Of a stretch of 64,000 nucleotides of DNA, positions 50,358 to 59,834 are shown piece by piece. Origin of the DNA: Longimicrobiales bacterium. Its GTDB lineage: Bacteria; Gemmatimonadota; Gemmatimonadetes; Longimicrobiales; RSA9. The stretch covers positions 21,518 through 85,517 of the forward strand of contig DATKDR010000047.1 in assembly GCA_035512635.1 (NCBI GenBank). The letters run 5' to 3'. Position 1 is the stretch's first letter. The number at the start of each line of letters is the position of its first letter. The translations under genes were made by a program, and so were the position numbers. The notes beneath the pieces are model-generated. The model made no database searches. It was given only the letters and a program-made list of their open reading frames with translations, and was not told the DNA's origin.

Positions 50358-51542
50358 ATGGATCGTCAGGAAAGGATCTGGTCGCGCATGGCGCGGCGGC
50401 TGGCGCTGGACCTGGGGGCGCGCATGGAGGGCCTGAAGGCCCGACTGGCCCGCCCGGCCGTCGTGCGCCCCGCGATCATCGACGCGTACCGCGGTTACGG
50501 CACGGTGGAGACGCTGCGCGTGCGGGGGCGCGTCATCCTGGATCCGGGCGTGCGTCCGGCGCGACCCGGCGATCGCTGGTGGGTGAACCTGATGCAGGCC
50601 TACCGCCGGCTCGAGAGCGACGAGGTCCCGTTCGCGCGCGTGGAGGTCCGGCACGGGAGCGCGAGGCGCGAGCTGGTCGCCAACGAGGAAGGGCACTTCG
50701 ACGGCCACGTCGCGCTCGCGGAGCCGCCGACTTCGAAGCCGTGGACGACGGTAGGCATGCGCCTGGTGGATGCGTCGCGGCCGCCGTGCGAGACGGAAGC
50801 CGCGGTGTTCATCCCCACCGACGACGCGCGCTTCGGCGTCATCAGCGACATGGACGACACCGTCATCCGCACCGACGCGCGCAGCCTGTGGCGCATGCTG
50901 CGGCTCACGCTGTTCGCGAACGCGCACACGCGCGTCGCCTTTCCGGGCGTGTCGGCCTTCTTCCGCGCGCTGCACCTCGGTGAGGACGGTGCGACGCACA
51001 ACCCGCTCTTCTACGTGTCGAGCAGCCCGTGGAACCTGCACGACCTGCTCGAGCACTTCCTCGAGCTGAACGAGATTCCGGAGGGGCCGCTCGTGCTGCG
51101 CGACTGGGGCTCCGCCGATCGCGAGACGCTGTCGACGAGCCATCATCATCACAAGCTGACCGCGATCCGCGACATCTTGCATACCTATCCGCACCTGCCC
51201 TTCATCCTGATCGGTGACAGCGGGCAGGCGGATCCCGAGATCTATCGCGATGTCGTGCACGAGTTCCCGAGCCGCATCCTCGCCGCCTACATCCGCGACG
51301 TCACGCTCGATCCGATGCGGAAACAGTCGATCCAGGAGCTGGCGACGGAAGTGAAGAGCGCGGGCAGCTCGCTCGTGCTGGCGTCGGACACGCTCGCGGC
51401 CGCGCGTCACGCCGCGGAGCACGGCTGGATCACCGCGGACATCCTGGTCGAGATCGAGGGCCGCGCCGGCAGCGATCGCGCCCAGGCGCGCGCGGACGGC
51501 GAGTCGACCGAGCGCGGACGCACGGTGGTCGTCGAAGGCTGA
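50358..51542 (+). CDS. App1-family (DUF2183) phosphatidate phosphatase-like protein
   Basis: ISDMDDT (DxDxT), YVSSSPWNL, GPLVLRDWG and LIGDSGQADPEIY. Confidence 0.9.
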   Translation: MDRQERIWSRMARRLALDLGARMEGLKARLARPAVVRPAIIDAYRGYGTVETLRVRGRVILDPGVRPARPGDRWWVNLMQAYRRLESDEVPFARVEVRHGSARRELVANEEGHFDGHVALAEPPTSKPWTTVGMRLVDASRPPCETEAAVFIPTDDARFGVISDMDDTVIRTDARSLWRMLRLTLFANAHTRVAFPGVSAFFRALHLGEDGATHNPLFYVSSSPWNLHDLLEHFLELNEIPEGPLVLRDWGSADRETLSTSHHHHKLTAIRDILHTYPHLPFILIGDSGQADPEIYRDVVHEFPSRILAAYIRDVTLDPMRKQSIQELATEVKSAGSSLVLASDTLAAARHAAEHGWITADILVEIEGRAGSDRAQARADGESTERGRTVVVEG

Positions 51543-51550
51543 TGGCGACA

Positions 51551-51653
51551 GGCGGTAGGCGGTATACGGTAGGCGGTATACGGTATTCGGTGGGCGGTAC
51601 TGGCTACCGAATACCGCATACTGAATACTGCCTACTGAATACGGTCTACTGAA
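51551..51653. repeat. Inverted heptamer arrays (7 x NNCGGTA, then 7 x TACYGNN), forming a long hairpin
   Basis: Left arm 51551-51599 and right arm 51605-51653, between convergent stop codons. Confidence 0.9.
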
Positions 51654-53391
51654 TCGCCGGCAGACTCAGCCGGAAACGACTGCCCGCGCCGGGGCTGCTG
51701 TCGGCGCGGATGTCGCCGCCCATCAGCCGCGCGAGGTGGCGGCTCACGGCGAGCCCGAGCCCGGTTCCGCCGACGCGGCGGGTGGCGGATGCGTCCACCT
51801 GCGTGAAGGGCTCGAAGATCCGCTCCATCTCGTGCGGTGGAATGCCCTGGCCGGTGTCGGCGATCAGCACCTCGATTTCCTGACCGCTTGGCTCCACCGA
51901 CACCGTAACGGAGCCGCTGTCGGTGAACTTGATCGCGTTGCCCACGAGGTTGAGCAGGATCTGCCTCATGCGCGCCGCGTCGACGCGGGCCTGCATCGGT
52001 ACCTGGGCCAAGCGGCGCTCGAAGCGCAGGCCTTTGCGCCGGGCGAGCGGCTCGAGCAGGTCCGCCACCTCGAGCGTCAGCACGCCGATGTCCATCTCCT
52101 CCAGGTCGAGATCCTCGCGCCCACTCTCGATGCGCGAGAACATCAGGATCTGCTCGATCAGGCCCGTCAGGTGACGCGTGCTGCTATCGATGCGGGACAC
52201 GTACTCGAGCTGGGTCTCGGTCATCGAGCCGCCGACCTGCATCGCGAGCAGCTCCGTGAAGCCGGAGATCGCGTTGAGCGGCGTGCGCAGTTCGTGGCTG
52301 ACGACGGCCAGGAACTGCGTTTTTGCAGCGCTGGCCTGTTCGGCTTCGGCGCGCGCCTGCTCGGCCACCTCGCGCTCGGCTCGCACCTGCTCGACGATGT
52401 CCTCCAGCTCACGCGCGAGCGACGCCTGCCGCGCAGCCGCGTCTTCCAGCTTGCGCTCGTATTCGATGTGTGCCGTCACGTCCTGGATGACGTTCACCGC
52501 GAATGCGTGGCCCTCCCTCTCCTCCGGCAGACGGCTGGCGCGCACCTGCGTCCAGCGGCTCTGGCCGGTCGCGCGAACTCGATAGCAGATCAGCTCCGAA
52601 GGCTCCACCTCGCCACGCAGCGCCCGTCGGCCGGGCAGGCGCTCATACGGCAGAGCCTCGCCCTGCTCATCGAGCACGTCGTGCCGTTCTATGATGGTGG
52701 CGATCGGCGTCGCCATCAGCGCTTCCGGATTCTCGTATCCGAGCGACCGGGCCGCCGAGTCGTTGGCGAAGACCACACGCCCGTCATCGCTTTCCACCGT
52801 GATGCCCTCGGGGATGCCGCGCAGGATGGCCTCCAGGCGCGTGTGCGCGTGTCGCACCTCGGCATAGAGGTGCGCGTTGTCGACCGCGAGCGCGGCCAGC
52901 GCCGCCACGCTCTCGGCGAGGCCCAGCCATTTGTCGTCGTAGACACGTCCGCCGCGTTCCGTCAGCAGCGTCATCGCGCCAAGCGTGCGGCCGCGAGCGC
53001 GCAGCGGCACGGTGATCATCGACTGGACGGCCAGGCTGCAAAGATCGCGCAGATGCTGCTCGTCGTGAGCCGACCTGACCAGCATCGCATCGGTGACCTC
53101 GGACAGCACCTTGCCGCGACCGGAGCGCATTACCTCGTGGACCGTCGAGCCCTCCGATCGGGGCGGGAAGCGTCGCTCCAGATCCCGGAGCAGGGCTGCG
53201 CGCGCCGGATCGCGGTGCGTGACCTCGACGCGCGAGATGCCGCCCTCGTCGTCGACGAGATGGATCGTGCACCAGTCGGCAATCTCGGGCACAACCAGGT
53301 GCTCGAGGCGGCGCAGCGACTCGTCTAGATCGAGCGAGGCGAGCAGCGGCGCCGCCTCGGCCAGGATGTGGAGATGGGGAGTAGTCGGCAA
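51646..53391 (-). CDS. Cytoplasmic GAF-PAS hybrid sensor histidine kinase
   Basis: GAF (VPLRARGRTLGAM), PAS, SHELRTPLN, NAIKFT, DTGQGI and GGTGLGL; no TM segments. Confidence 0.93.
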   Translation of the reverse strand: MPTTPHLHILAEAAPLLASLDLDESLRRLEHLVVPEIADWCTIHLVDDEGGISRVEVTHRDPARAALLRDLERRFPPRSEGSTVHEVMRSGRGKVLSEVTDAMLVRSAHDEQHLRDLCSLAVQSMITVPLRARGRTLGAMTLLTERGGRVYDDKWLGLAESVAALAALAVDNAHLYAEVRHAHTRLEAILRGIPEGITVESDDGRVVFANDSAARSLGYENPEALMATPIATIIERHDVLDEQGEALPYERLPGRRALRGEVEPSELICYRVRATGQSRWTQVRASRLPEEREGHAFAVNVIQDVTAHIEYERKLEDAAARQASLARELEDIVEQVRAEREVAEQARAEAEQASAAKTQFLAVVSHELRTPLNAISGFTELLAMQVGGSMTETQLEYVSRIDSSTRHLTGLIEQILMFSRIESGREDLDLEEMDIGVLTLEVADLLEPLARRKGLRFERRLAQVPMQARVDAARMRQILLNLVGNAIKFTDSGSVTVSVEPSGQEIEVLIADTGQGIPPHEMERIFEPFTQVDASATRRVGGTGLGLAVSRHLARLMGGDIRADSSPGAGSRFRLSLPAIQ

Positions 53392-53498
53392 TCACCCCTC
53401 GATGGAACCGCGACGCGAGCGAGGCCGGGGGTGCTGGAAGAGTCATGCCGGTGCGGCACGGCCTGCGTTTCAGCCGCGCCCGCTCCCTCTCGCTCGGC

Positions 53499-54011
53499 TC
53501 ATTGCTCCACGATTCTCGAGCTGCCGGTGGCGTTGAAGCGGATCACGTATTCGCGCGTGGGGGAGACGACCACGGCCTCGGCCAGTCCGCCCGTCACTCC
53601 CGTCAACGTGGCGAGGCCCTGAGGATTGAAGGTCACGCTGTCGCCGGGGAGACCGAGGCTCAGCGAGTCGACCATCATGTCGCTTCCCCTCGCGAAGGTA
53701 CGCCAGGCGGTCACCGTGCCTTCCTGGTCGCGAATGAGGTAGGAACGCGTCGCCGGCATGACCACCAGGGATACCGGGCGGCGCGAGCCGATCGCTGTCG
53801 CGCGCGCCAGGCGCAGGTCGCGGCTGAGCAGATACGCCGCCTGCTGCGCCGAACGCTCGCGCGTGTAGCGCCCGAAGCTGTTCGCCACCAGAGTCACCAT
53901 GATCACGGTGATGGTGATGACGAACAGCATTTCGAGCAGGGTGAAACCCTGCGGGCAGCTTCGACTCGATCGGGTAATGGCGTACACGCGGTTACGGCGT
54001 CGGGGCACCAC
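53499..54011 (-). CDS. Orphan FimT/GspH-like minor pilin
   Basis: QG|FTLLEML, LRLARATAI and VTFNPQG; start uncertain. Confidence 0.8.
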   Translation of the reverse strand: MVPRRRNRVYAITRSSRSCPQGFTLLEMLFVITITVIMVTLVANSFGRYTRERSAQQAAYLLSRDLRLARATAIGSRRPVSLVVMPATRSYLIRDQEGTVTAWRTFARGSDMMVDSLSLGLPGDSVTFNPQGLATLTGVTGGLAEAVVVSPTREYVIRFNATGSSRIVEQ

Positions 54012-54290
54012 CTGCGCCCCTGCGCCACACGGGATTCGACAAGGACTCGAGGGAGCGCGCCCGCTCGGGGATCCGGAGAACGGGTCGGGCGCTGCACAAA
54101 TCTACGCGATTTCGGCACAACGGGGAAGCTCCGGCCGGCAGCGGTGGCCGGATTCGCTCACCTGTCGAGGCATTTTCGGCGTGCGCGGCGCAGTCCCGCG
54201 GCTCGCTCCGGGAGGTGCGCCGGTCTGCCCGTTTCGTTATTTCTCGGCTGCTCCGGCGTGAGCCGCCGATCCTCCACAACCGATGACGCA

Positions 54291-56327
54291 ATGCATCACA
54301 CCATGATTCGCGCCGGCCTGATCGCCGCGCTGCTGATTCCGTTCCCGGCCGACGCGCAGTCGGTGGCCGCCGAGGCCACGCCCGAGCTGGGCGTCGACCT
54401 GAGCGCGTTCGATCGGTCGGTCCGGCCGCAGGACGACTTCTATCGCTTCGTGAACGGCGGCTGGCTCGCCCGCACGGAGATCCCAGCGGATCGGTCGAAC
54501 TACGGCACGTTCACGGAGCTGGACGAGCGGGCCGAAGCGGCGCTGCGCCTCATCGTCGAGGAGGCGGCCGCGGACCGCTCGGCCCCGTCGACCGACCGCA
54601 GCCGCATCGGCGCTCTCTACCGCAGCTTCATGGACAGCACGCGCATCGAGTCGCTCGGCATCGCGCCGGTGCGCGGTCAGCTCGACAGCCTCGCCGCTCT
54701 CGCTTCGCACGAGAAGCTGTCCTTCGAGTTCGCGCGCCTCGCCCGCGCCGGAGTGCAGCGGCCGTTCTCGTTGAACGTCTCGCAGGACGCGCGCGACGCC
54801 ACGCGCTACACCGTCTATCTCAGCCAGTCCGGTCTCGGCCTGCCCGATCGCGACTACTATTTCCGCGAGGGCTTCGAGTTCGCGCGTACGCGCGGCGAGT
54901 ACGTCGACTACATCGCGACGCTGCTCGCGCTGGCCGGTACGCCGCGCCCGCAGACGGCCGCCAACCGCGTGATGGCGCTGGAGACGCGACTCGCCGAGTC
55001 GAGCTGGACGCGCGTGCAAAACCGCGACCGCAACGCGACGTACAATCGCATGACGGTCGCGGAGCTCGAGCGGCTCGCACCGGAATTCGACTGGAGCGGG
55101 TACCTCGCCGCGGCAGGCGCCGACGTGGACGAGGTCGTGGTGCGCCAGCCCAGCTTCTTCAGCGCGCTTGATTCGATCCTCGCCACCACCTCCGTCGACG
55201 CGCTGCGGAACTACCTCACGTTCAAGACGCTCGATGCAGCCGCGCCGTATCTGTCGAGCGAGTTCGCGCGCGCGCGCTTCGACTTCCGCGGTCGCGTGCT
55301 CGCGGGCACGGAGCGGGATCGCGAGCGGTGGAAGCGCGGCATCTCGGTCGTCTCGGGCGCCGTCGGCGACGCGCTCGGCCGCCTCTACGTCGAGCGGCAC
55401 TTCCGGCCGGAGGCGAAGGCGCGCATGGAGGAGCTGGTCGCGAACCTGATGGAAGCGTTCCGTCGCGGCATCGACGCACTCGAATGGATGAGCCCGGAGA
55501 CGCGCGCGGAGGCGCACGCGAAGCTCGCGTCGTTCAGCACCAAGATCGGCTACCCGGACGAGTGGGAGGACTACTCGGCGCTCGAGATCCGCGAGGGCGA
55601 CCTGCTCGGCAACCTGCGGCGCGTGTCCGAGTTCGAGTACCGCGACAGGATCGAACGCCTCGGACAGCCGGTGGACCGCGAGGAGTGGTTCATGAATCCG
55701 TTTACGGTCAACGCCTACTACAGCTCGACCATGAACGAGATCGTCTTCCCCGCGGCCATCCTCCAGCCCCCCTTCTTCAACGTTGCGGCGGACGACGCCG
55801 TCAACTACGGCGCCATCGGCGGCGTCATCGGTCACGAGATCAGCCACGGCTTCGACGACCAGGGCAGGAAGAGCGACGGCCAGGGCAATCTCCGCGACTG
55901 GTGGACCGAGGCCGACGCGACCGCATTCGAGGAGCGCGCCACCCGGCTCGGCGCGCAGTACGACGCGTTCAGCCCGCTCGAGGGCATGAACGTGAACGGC
56001 CGCCTCACGATGGGCGAGAACATCGGCGACCTGAGCGGATTGACCGTCGCCTACGACGCCTGGCGCATCTCGCTCGAAGGTCGCGAGCCGCCCGTCATCG
56101 AAGGCTTCACCGACAATCAGCGCTTCTTCCTCGGCTGGGCGCAGATCTGGCGCCGCCTCTACCGCGATGCCGAGCTGCGCAATCGACTGCTGACCGACTC
56201 CCACTCCCCCAGCGAGTACCGCACCAATGGCGTGCTCCGCAACATGGACGCGTTCATCCGCGCGTTCGACGTGCAGCCCGGCGACGGCATGTGGCTGCCG
56301 GAGGACGAGCGCGTCGAGATCTGGTAG
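54291..56327 (+). CDS. M13-family (neprilysin/PepO-like) secreted metallopeptidase
   Basis: Signal peptide, PQDDFYRFVNGGW, VNAYY, HEISH, GENIGD, HSP and terminal IW. Confidence 0.96.
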   Translation: MHHTMIRAGLIAALLIPFPADAQSVAAEATPELGVDLSAFDRSVRPQDDFYRFVNGGWLARTEIPADRSNYGTFTELDERAEAALRLIVEEAAADRSAPSTDRSRIGALYRSFMDSTRIESLGIAPVRGQLDSLAALASHEKLSFEFARLARAGVQRPFSLNVSQDARDATRYTVYLSQSGLGLPDRDYYFREGFEFARTRGEYVDYIATLLALAGTPRPQTAANRVMALETRLAESSWTRVQNRDRNATYNRMTVAELERLAPEFDWSGYLAAAGADVDEVVVRQPSFFSALDSILATTSVDALRNYLTFKTLDAAAPYLSSEFARARFDFRGRVLAGTERDRERWKRGISVVSGAVGDALGRLYVERHFRPEAKARMEELVANLMEAFRRGIDALEWMSPETRAEAHAKLASFSTKIGYPDEWEDYSALEIREGDLLGNLRRVSEFEYRDRIERLGQPVDREEWFMNPFTVNAYYSSTMNEIVFPAAILQPPFFNVAADDAVNYGAIGGVIGHEISHGFDDQGRKSDGQGNLRDWWTEADATAFEERATRLGAQYDAFSPLEGMNVNGRLTMGENIGDLSGLTVAYDAWRISLEGREPPVIEGFTDNQRFFLGWAQIWRRLYRDAELRNRLLTDSHSPSEYRTNGVLRNMDAFIRAFDVQPGDGMWLPEDERVEIW

Positions 56328-56434
56328 GATGCTTCAGGCCGGTAGGAGGCTTCAGGCCGGCCGAACCGGCGGGGCGACGCGAAGCATTCGGTACTCGGCC
56401 GGACACCTGGATCTGTCAGCGCGAAGCATTCGGT
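56323..56434. repeat. Two sets of short direct repeats
   Basis: Tandem 18-mer GGTAGGA(T/G)GCTTCAGGCC x2 (56323-56358) and 15-mer CGCGAAGCATTCGGT at 56378 and 56420. Confidence 0.85.
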
Positions 56435-56697
56435 CACACGAGCTTCCGCTCGGGCAGCACGTCGACGTACCCCAGCGCGTCGTTGCCGCCGACGCTCATC
56501 ACCAGGTGTGTCGCCTGCCGGGGCAGCCGCACCAGCTGCGACGGCACGTCGGTCACGACCGCCCCGTCCACCGCGACCAGCGTCACGCTCGCATCCCCCA
56601 TCACCGCGCGCAGCTGCGCCTCGACCGGCGGTTCGCCCGGGACGTACGACGCGTTGTCGAAGATCGAGTCGCCGAGCAGGACGACGTGGGTCCTCAC
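56434..56697 (-). pseudogene. Truncated SGNH/GDSL hydrolase (87 aa)
   Basis: VLLGDSIFDN (block I) and SVGGND (block III) are present, but it stops before the catalytic DxxH block. GTG overlaps the addA stop. Confidence 0.72.
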
Positions 56698-59600
56698 GCG
56701 AAGAGATCCGTCTGCTCGGGCGGCTGCTCGTCCGACCGGCCGGCGCGCTCGCGCCGCTCCTGCGCCTCGCGCATCACGTCCGCCATGTCGACGACGACGT
56801 TCGGGTGCGTGAAGTGGAGCCGCACGTCGACGGGGCCGCGCAGCCCCTGCGACACCTCGGCGTACACTTCCGCCTGGATCGCGTAGTCCCGTGCCTTGCC
56901 CGTGGCCTCTCGCGCCTCGATGACGTGCGTCTTGAAGTCGACGATGAGGCCGGGCGGCCCGTCGGGACGATAGAGGTCGAACGCGCCGACCAGCCACTCG
57001 TGCCTGCCCGTGCGGTAGAGGAAGCCCAGCTCGCGATGGTGCTCGCCGCGCGTGTACCAGCTCCAGTCGGGATGATCGAGGACGCGCTCGATTTCCTCGG
57101 CGAGCAGCCGGCGATACTCGCTGCCCGCCGCGAGGAGCGGCTGCATCTCGGCGGCATCCACCTCGCCGATGCTCTCCTCCAGGATGTCCGCGAGGTCCTC
57201 GCGCGCGCGTATCCGCTCGAGCACGGAATGGATGATCGTCCCGCGCACGTTGGCGGGCAGTCCCGGTCCTCCCTCGCGCGCGAAGTCCCAGCTCGGCTCG
57301 ATGCCGTGAACGTAGCGCTGCTCCCACTCGATCGGATTGCGCGCGCGCGTCATGCGCTCGGTTGCGGAGCTGATGAAGCGCATGCGCCCTGCGGCGATGG
57401 GCGCGAGGCGCCTGCTCTGGCGTGTGGGCTCGATCGCTTTCGTCCAGGCGAGGTCGACGTCCGGCCGCGTCCGCGTCGGCTGCAGCTCCGGCACTTCTGT
57501 CCGAGGCTCCATGCCCCGAGTCCGACGCCCCACCTCGAGCCACTCGGCGTAGCAGTTCCTCGCGTCGGTCGGCGCGACGATGATGAGCCGGTCCATCGCG
57601 CGCGTGGCGGCGACGTACGCGAGACGGGCGTCCTCGGCTCGCGCGCGGGCGTCGCGACGCTCGACCACTCTCTGATCGCGCAGACCCCGCTCGTCCTTCC
57701 CGAGCGGGAGTGTCGGGCCGAGCTCCGGATCGGTCCAGTATTCGTGCGCCGCCTTGCTCTGGAACGGGCTCGCCGTGTCGATCAGGAAGACGACCGGCCA
57801 CTCGAGTCCCTTCGCCGAGTGGAACGTCGTTACGGTGACGACGTCGTCGCGGCTGCTGTATAGCTGGGCCTGCGGCAGCCCGGCGTCGGTCTCGTCCCAG
57901 CGGTCCCAGATGGCGAGGAACGTGTCGAGCGGCAGGTCGCGATGCTCCTCGGCGAGCCGGAGGAAGCTCTCGATGTTGGAGAAGGCCTCGCGGTGCCCGT
58001 CGAAGAATACGAGGTGCTCGCGGAAGCCGGTCAGATCCATGAGCGTGCGAAGCAGGTCGTCGAGGGGCATGCGGTGCGCCAGGCGCTCGCCTCGACGAAG
58101 CGCGTCGAGACCGCGCCGGAGCGCCTCGATCTCGATCTCGTCGATCGAGCCGGTCGCCGCGTGCCCGCCCTCGAGCAGGAACTGGCGCGACTGCGAGATG
58201 AGCGCGCCGCGGCCGAACATGCGGATGCGTGCGAGCGTCTCGTCGCGGAGGCCGACGAACGGCGAGCGGAGGAAGCCGAAGAGCGCGAGGTCGTCGAGCG
58301 GATTGTTGACCACGCGCAGCGCGTTGACGAGGTCGGCGACCTCCTGCCGATCGGTCAGGCCGGCCTGCCCCGTGAGGTAGTACGGAATGCCGCTGCGGCG
58401 CAGCTCCGCCTCGAATACGTCGAGGCCGGAGCGGCTGCGGTAGAGGATCGCGATGTCGCGCCGCCCGAGGGCGCGCGTGGCGCCGTCGCGGTCGCGCACG
58501 ACCATCGTACCGACCAGCTCCTGGATGCGGCGTGCGAGCAGAACCGCCTCGAGGCGGCGGCGACCGGCCTCGCGCGTGCCCTTCGGCAGCACCGGCGCGA
58601 GCCATTCGACGCCGCCCTCGGGCACCGAGGCGCGTCCGGCCTCGAGCATGGAGTAGCGCACGCGCTCGCGCTCGAGGTCGCCCGTGAGCGCTTCGGCGGT
58701 GCGCTCCATCGCGATCGGCGCGAAGGCGTTCACGAAGTCGATGACCTCGGGGTCGCTGCGGAAGTTGCGCGTCAGCAGCAGCGGGGGCGCGAGCTCGCGC
58801 TCGACCGCGTTCCAGACGGCGATGTCGGCGCCGCGGAATGCGTAGATGCTCTGCTTCGGGTCGCCGACGAGGAACAGCTGGGGTGCCGACTCGTCCGTCT
58901 TGCGGCCGTCCGCACGCCCGGAGATCGCGAACGCGATGTCCCGCTGCGCGAAGTCGGTGTCCTGGAACTCGTCGATGATGAGGATGCGGTAGCGTCGGCG
59001 CAGTGCGGCCAGCGCGGCATCGCCGTTCGGTCCGAGCAGCAGCTCACGCGCGTCGAGCACCAGCGAATCGAAGTCGCGTACGTTCTGGCGCTGCTGGTAG
59101 TCGGTCCACGCCGCCAGTGCGGCGCCGGCGATGCGCAGCAGCGCGGCGCAGTGTTGGGCGCGAGCGGTGTCGTCGTCGTCCCACTGCGCGCACAGCTCCC
59201 GCAGCACGGGCAGGGCGAGGTCCCCGCCGCGACTCCAGCGCTCGTAGCGCGAGCGGTGCCAGCGGAGGTCGCGCAGCGCGCTACGCGCCGAGCCGATCGC
59301 CCCCTTCTGCCGTGCCGTCCGATCGAGGTTGTATTCCTGGACGAGTGCGGCGACACCCTGATCGGCCTCCTCGAGGCGGCGCAGGATCACTTCGCGCAGC
59401 ACCCGCTCCTGCTCGACACGGGCCTCGCGCTCCTCGAGCACGCGGAACGTCGCGTCGATGCCGAGGCGCAGCGCGTGCTCGCGCAGCAGCGCCGCGCAGA
59501 AGGCGTGGATGGTGCCGACGGACGCGCGATCGATCTCCCAGCGAAGCTGCTGGGCCTGCGCGGACTCGCCGATGCGCTCGCGCAGCTTCTGCTTCAGGTC

Positions 59601-59834
59601 GTGCGCCGCCTTCTCCGTGAACGTGATGGCGGCGATCTCGGAAAGGCGGCACGGCGTCGGGTTCGGCGGGATCGGGTCGCCCGCCTCGTCCGTGCCGGCG
59701 TCGAGGCCCAGCAGCCACAGGATCTTCGCGACCACCGTCGTCGTCTTGCCGGTGCCGGCATTGGCGACGAGGAGCGCGTCGCGCGTCTCGAGGATGGCCG
59801 CGACCTGCTCCGCGGTCATGCGTCGCTCACTCAT
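56694..59834 (-). CDS. addA: AddA/RecB-like UvrD helicase-nuclease
   Basis: ANAGTGKT, TFTEKAA, IDEFQDT, VGDPKQSIYAFRGAD, TFHSAKGLEW, YVAATRA and C-terminal nuclease FDL...VDFKT. Confidence 0.92.
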   Translation of the reverse strand: MSERRMTAEQVAAILETRDALLVANAGTGKTTTVVAKILWLLGLDAGTDEAGDPIPPNPTPCRLSEIAAITFTEKAAHDLKQKLRERIGESAQAQQLRWEIDRASVGTIHAFCAALLREHALRLGIDATFRVLEEREARVEQERVLREVILRRLEEADQGVAALVQEYNLDRTARQKGAIGSARSALRDLRWHRSRYERWSRGGDLALPVLRELCAQWDDDDTARAQHCAALLRIAGAALAAWTDYQQRQNVRDFDSLVLDARELLLGPNGDAALAALRRRYRILIIDEFQDTDFAQRDIAFAISGRADGRKTDESAPQLFLVGDPKQSIYAFRGADIAVWNAVERELAPPLLLTRNFRSDPEVIDFVNAFAPIAMERTAEALTGDLERERVRYSMLEAGRASVPEGGVEWLAPVLPKGTREAGRRRLEAVLLARRIQELVGTMVVRDRDGATRALGRRDIAILYRSRSGLDVFEAELRRSGIPYYLTGQAGLTDRQEVADLVNALRVVNNPLDDLALFGFLRSPFVGLRDETLARIRMFGRGALISQSRQFLLEGGHAATGSIDEIEIEALRRGLDALRRGERLAHRMPLDDLLRTLMDLTGFREHLVFFDGHREAFSNIESFLRLAEEHRDLPLDTFLAIWDRWDETDAGLPQAQLYSSRDDVVTVTTFHSAKGLEWPVVFLIDTASPFQSKAAHEYWTDPELGPTLPLGKDERGLRDQRVVERRDARARAEDARLAYVAATRAMDRLIIVAPTDARNCYAEWLEVGRRTRGMEPRTEVPELQPTRTRPDVDLAWTKAIEPTRQSRRLAPIAAGRMRFISSATERMTRARNPIEWEQRYVHGIEPSWDFAREGGPGLPANVRGTIIHSVLERIRAREDLADILEESIGEVDAAEMQPLLAAGSEYRRLLAEEIERVLDHPDWSWYTRGEHHRELGFLYRTGRHEWLVGAFDLYRPDGPPGLIVDFKTHVIEAREATGKARDYAIQAEVYAEVSQGLRGPVDVRLHFTHPNVVVDMADVMREAQERRERAGRSDEQPPEQTDLFA

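Noticed and set aside
51138-51155. HHHH run in the App1 protein as an engineered tag or metal site
   Set aside because: It is an internal four-His stretch before the conserved HK of the family, with no other sign of a construct.
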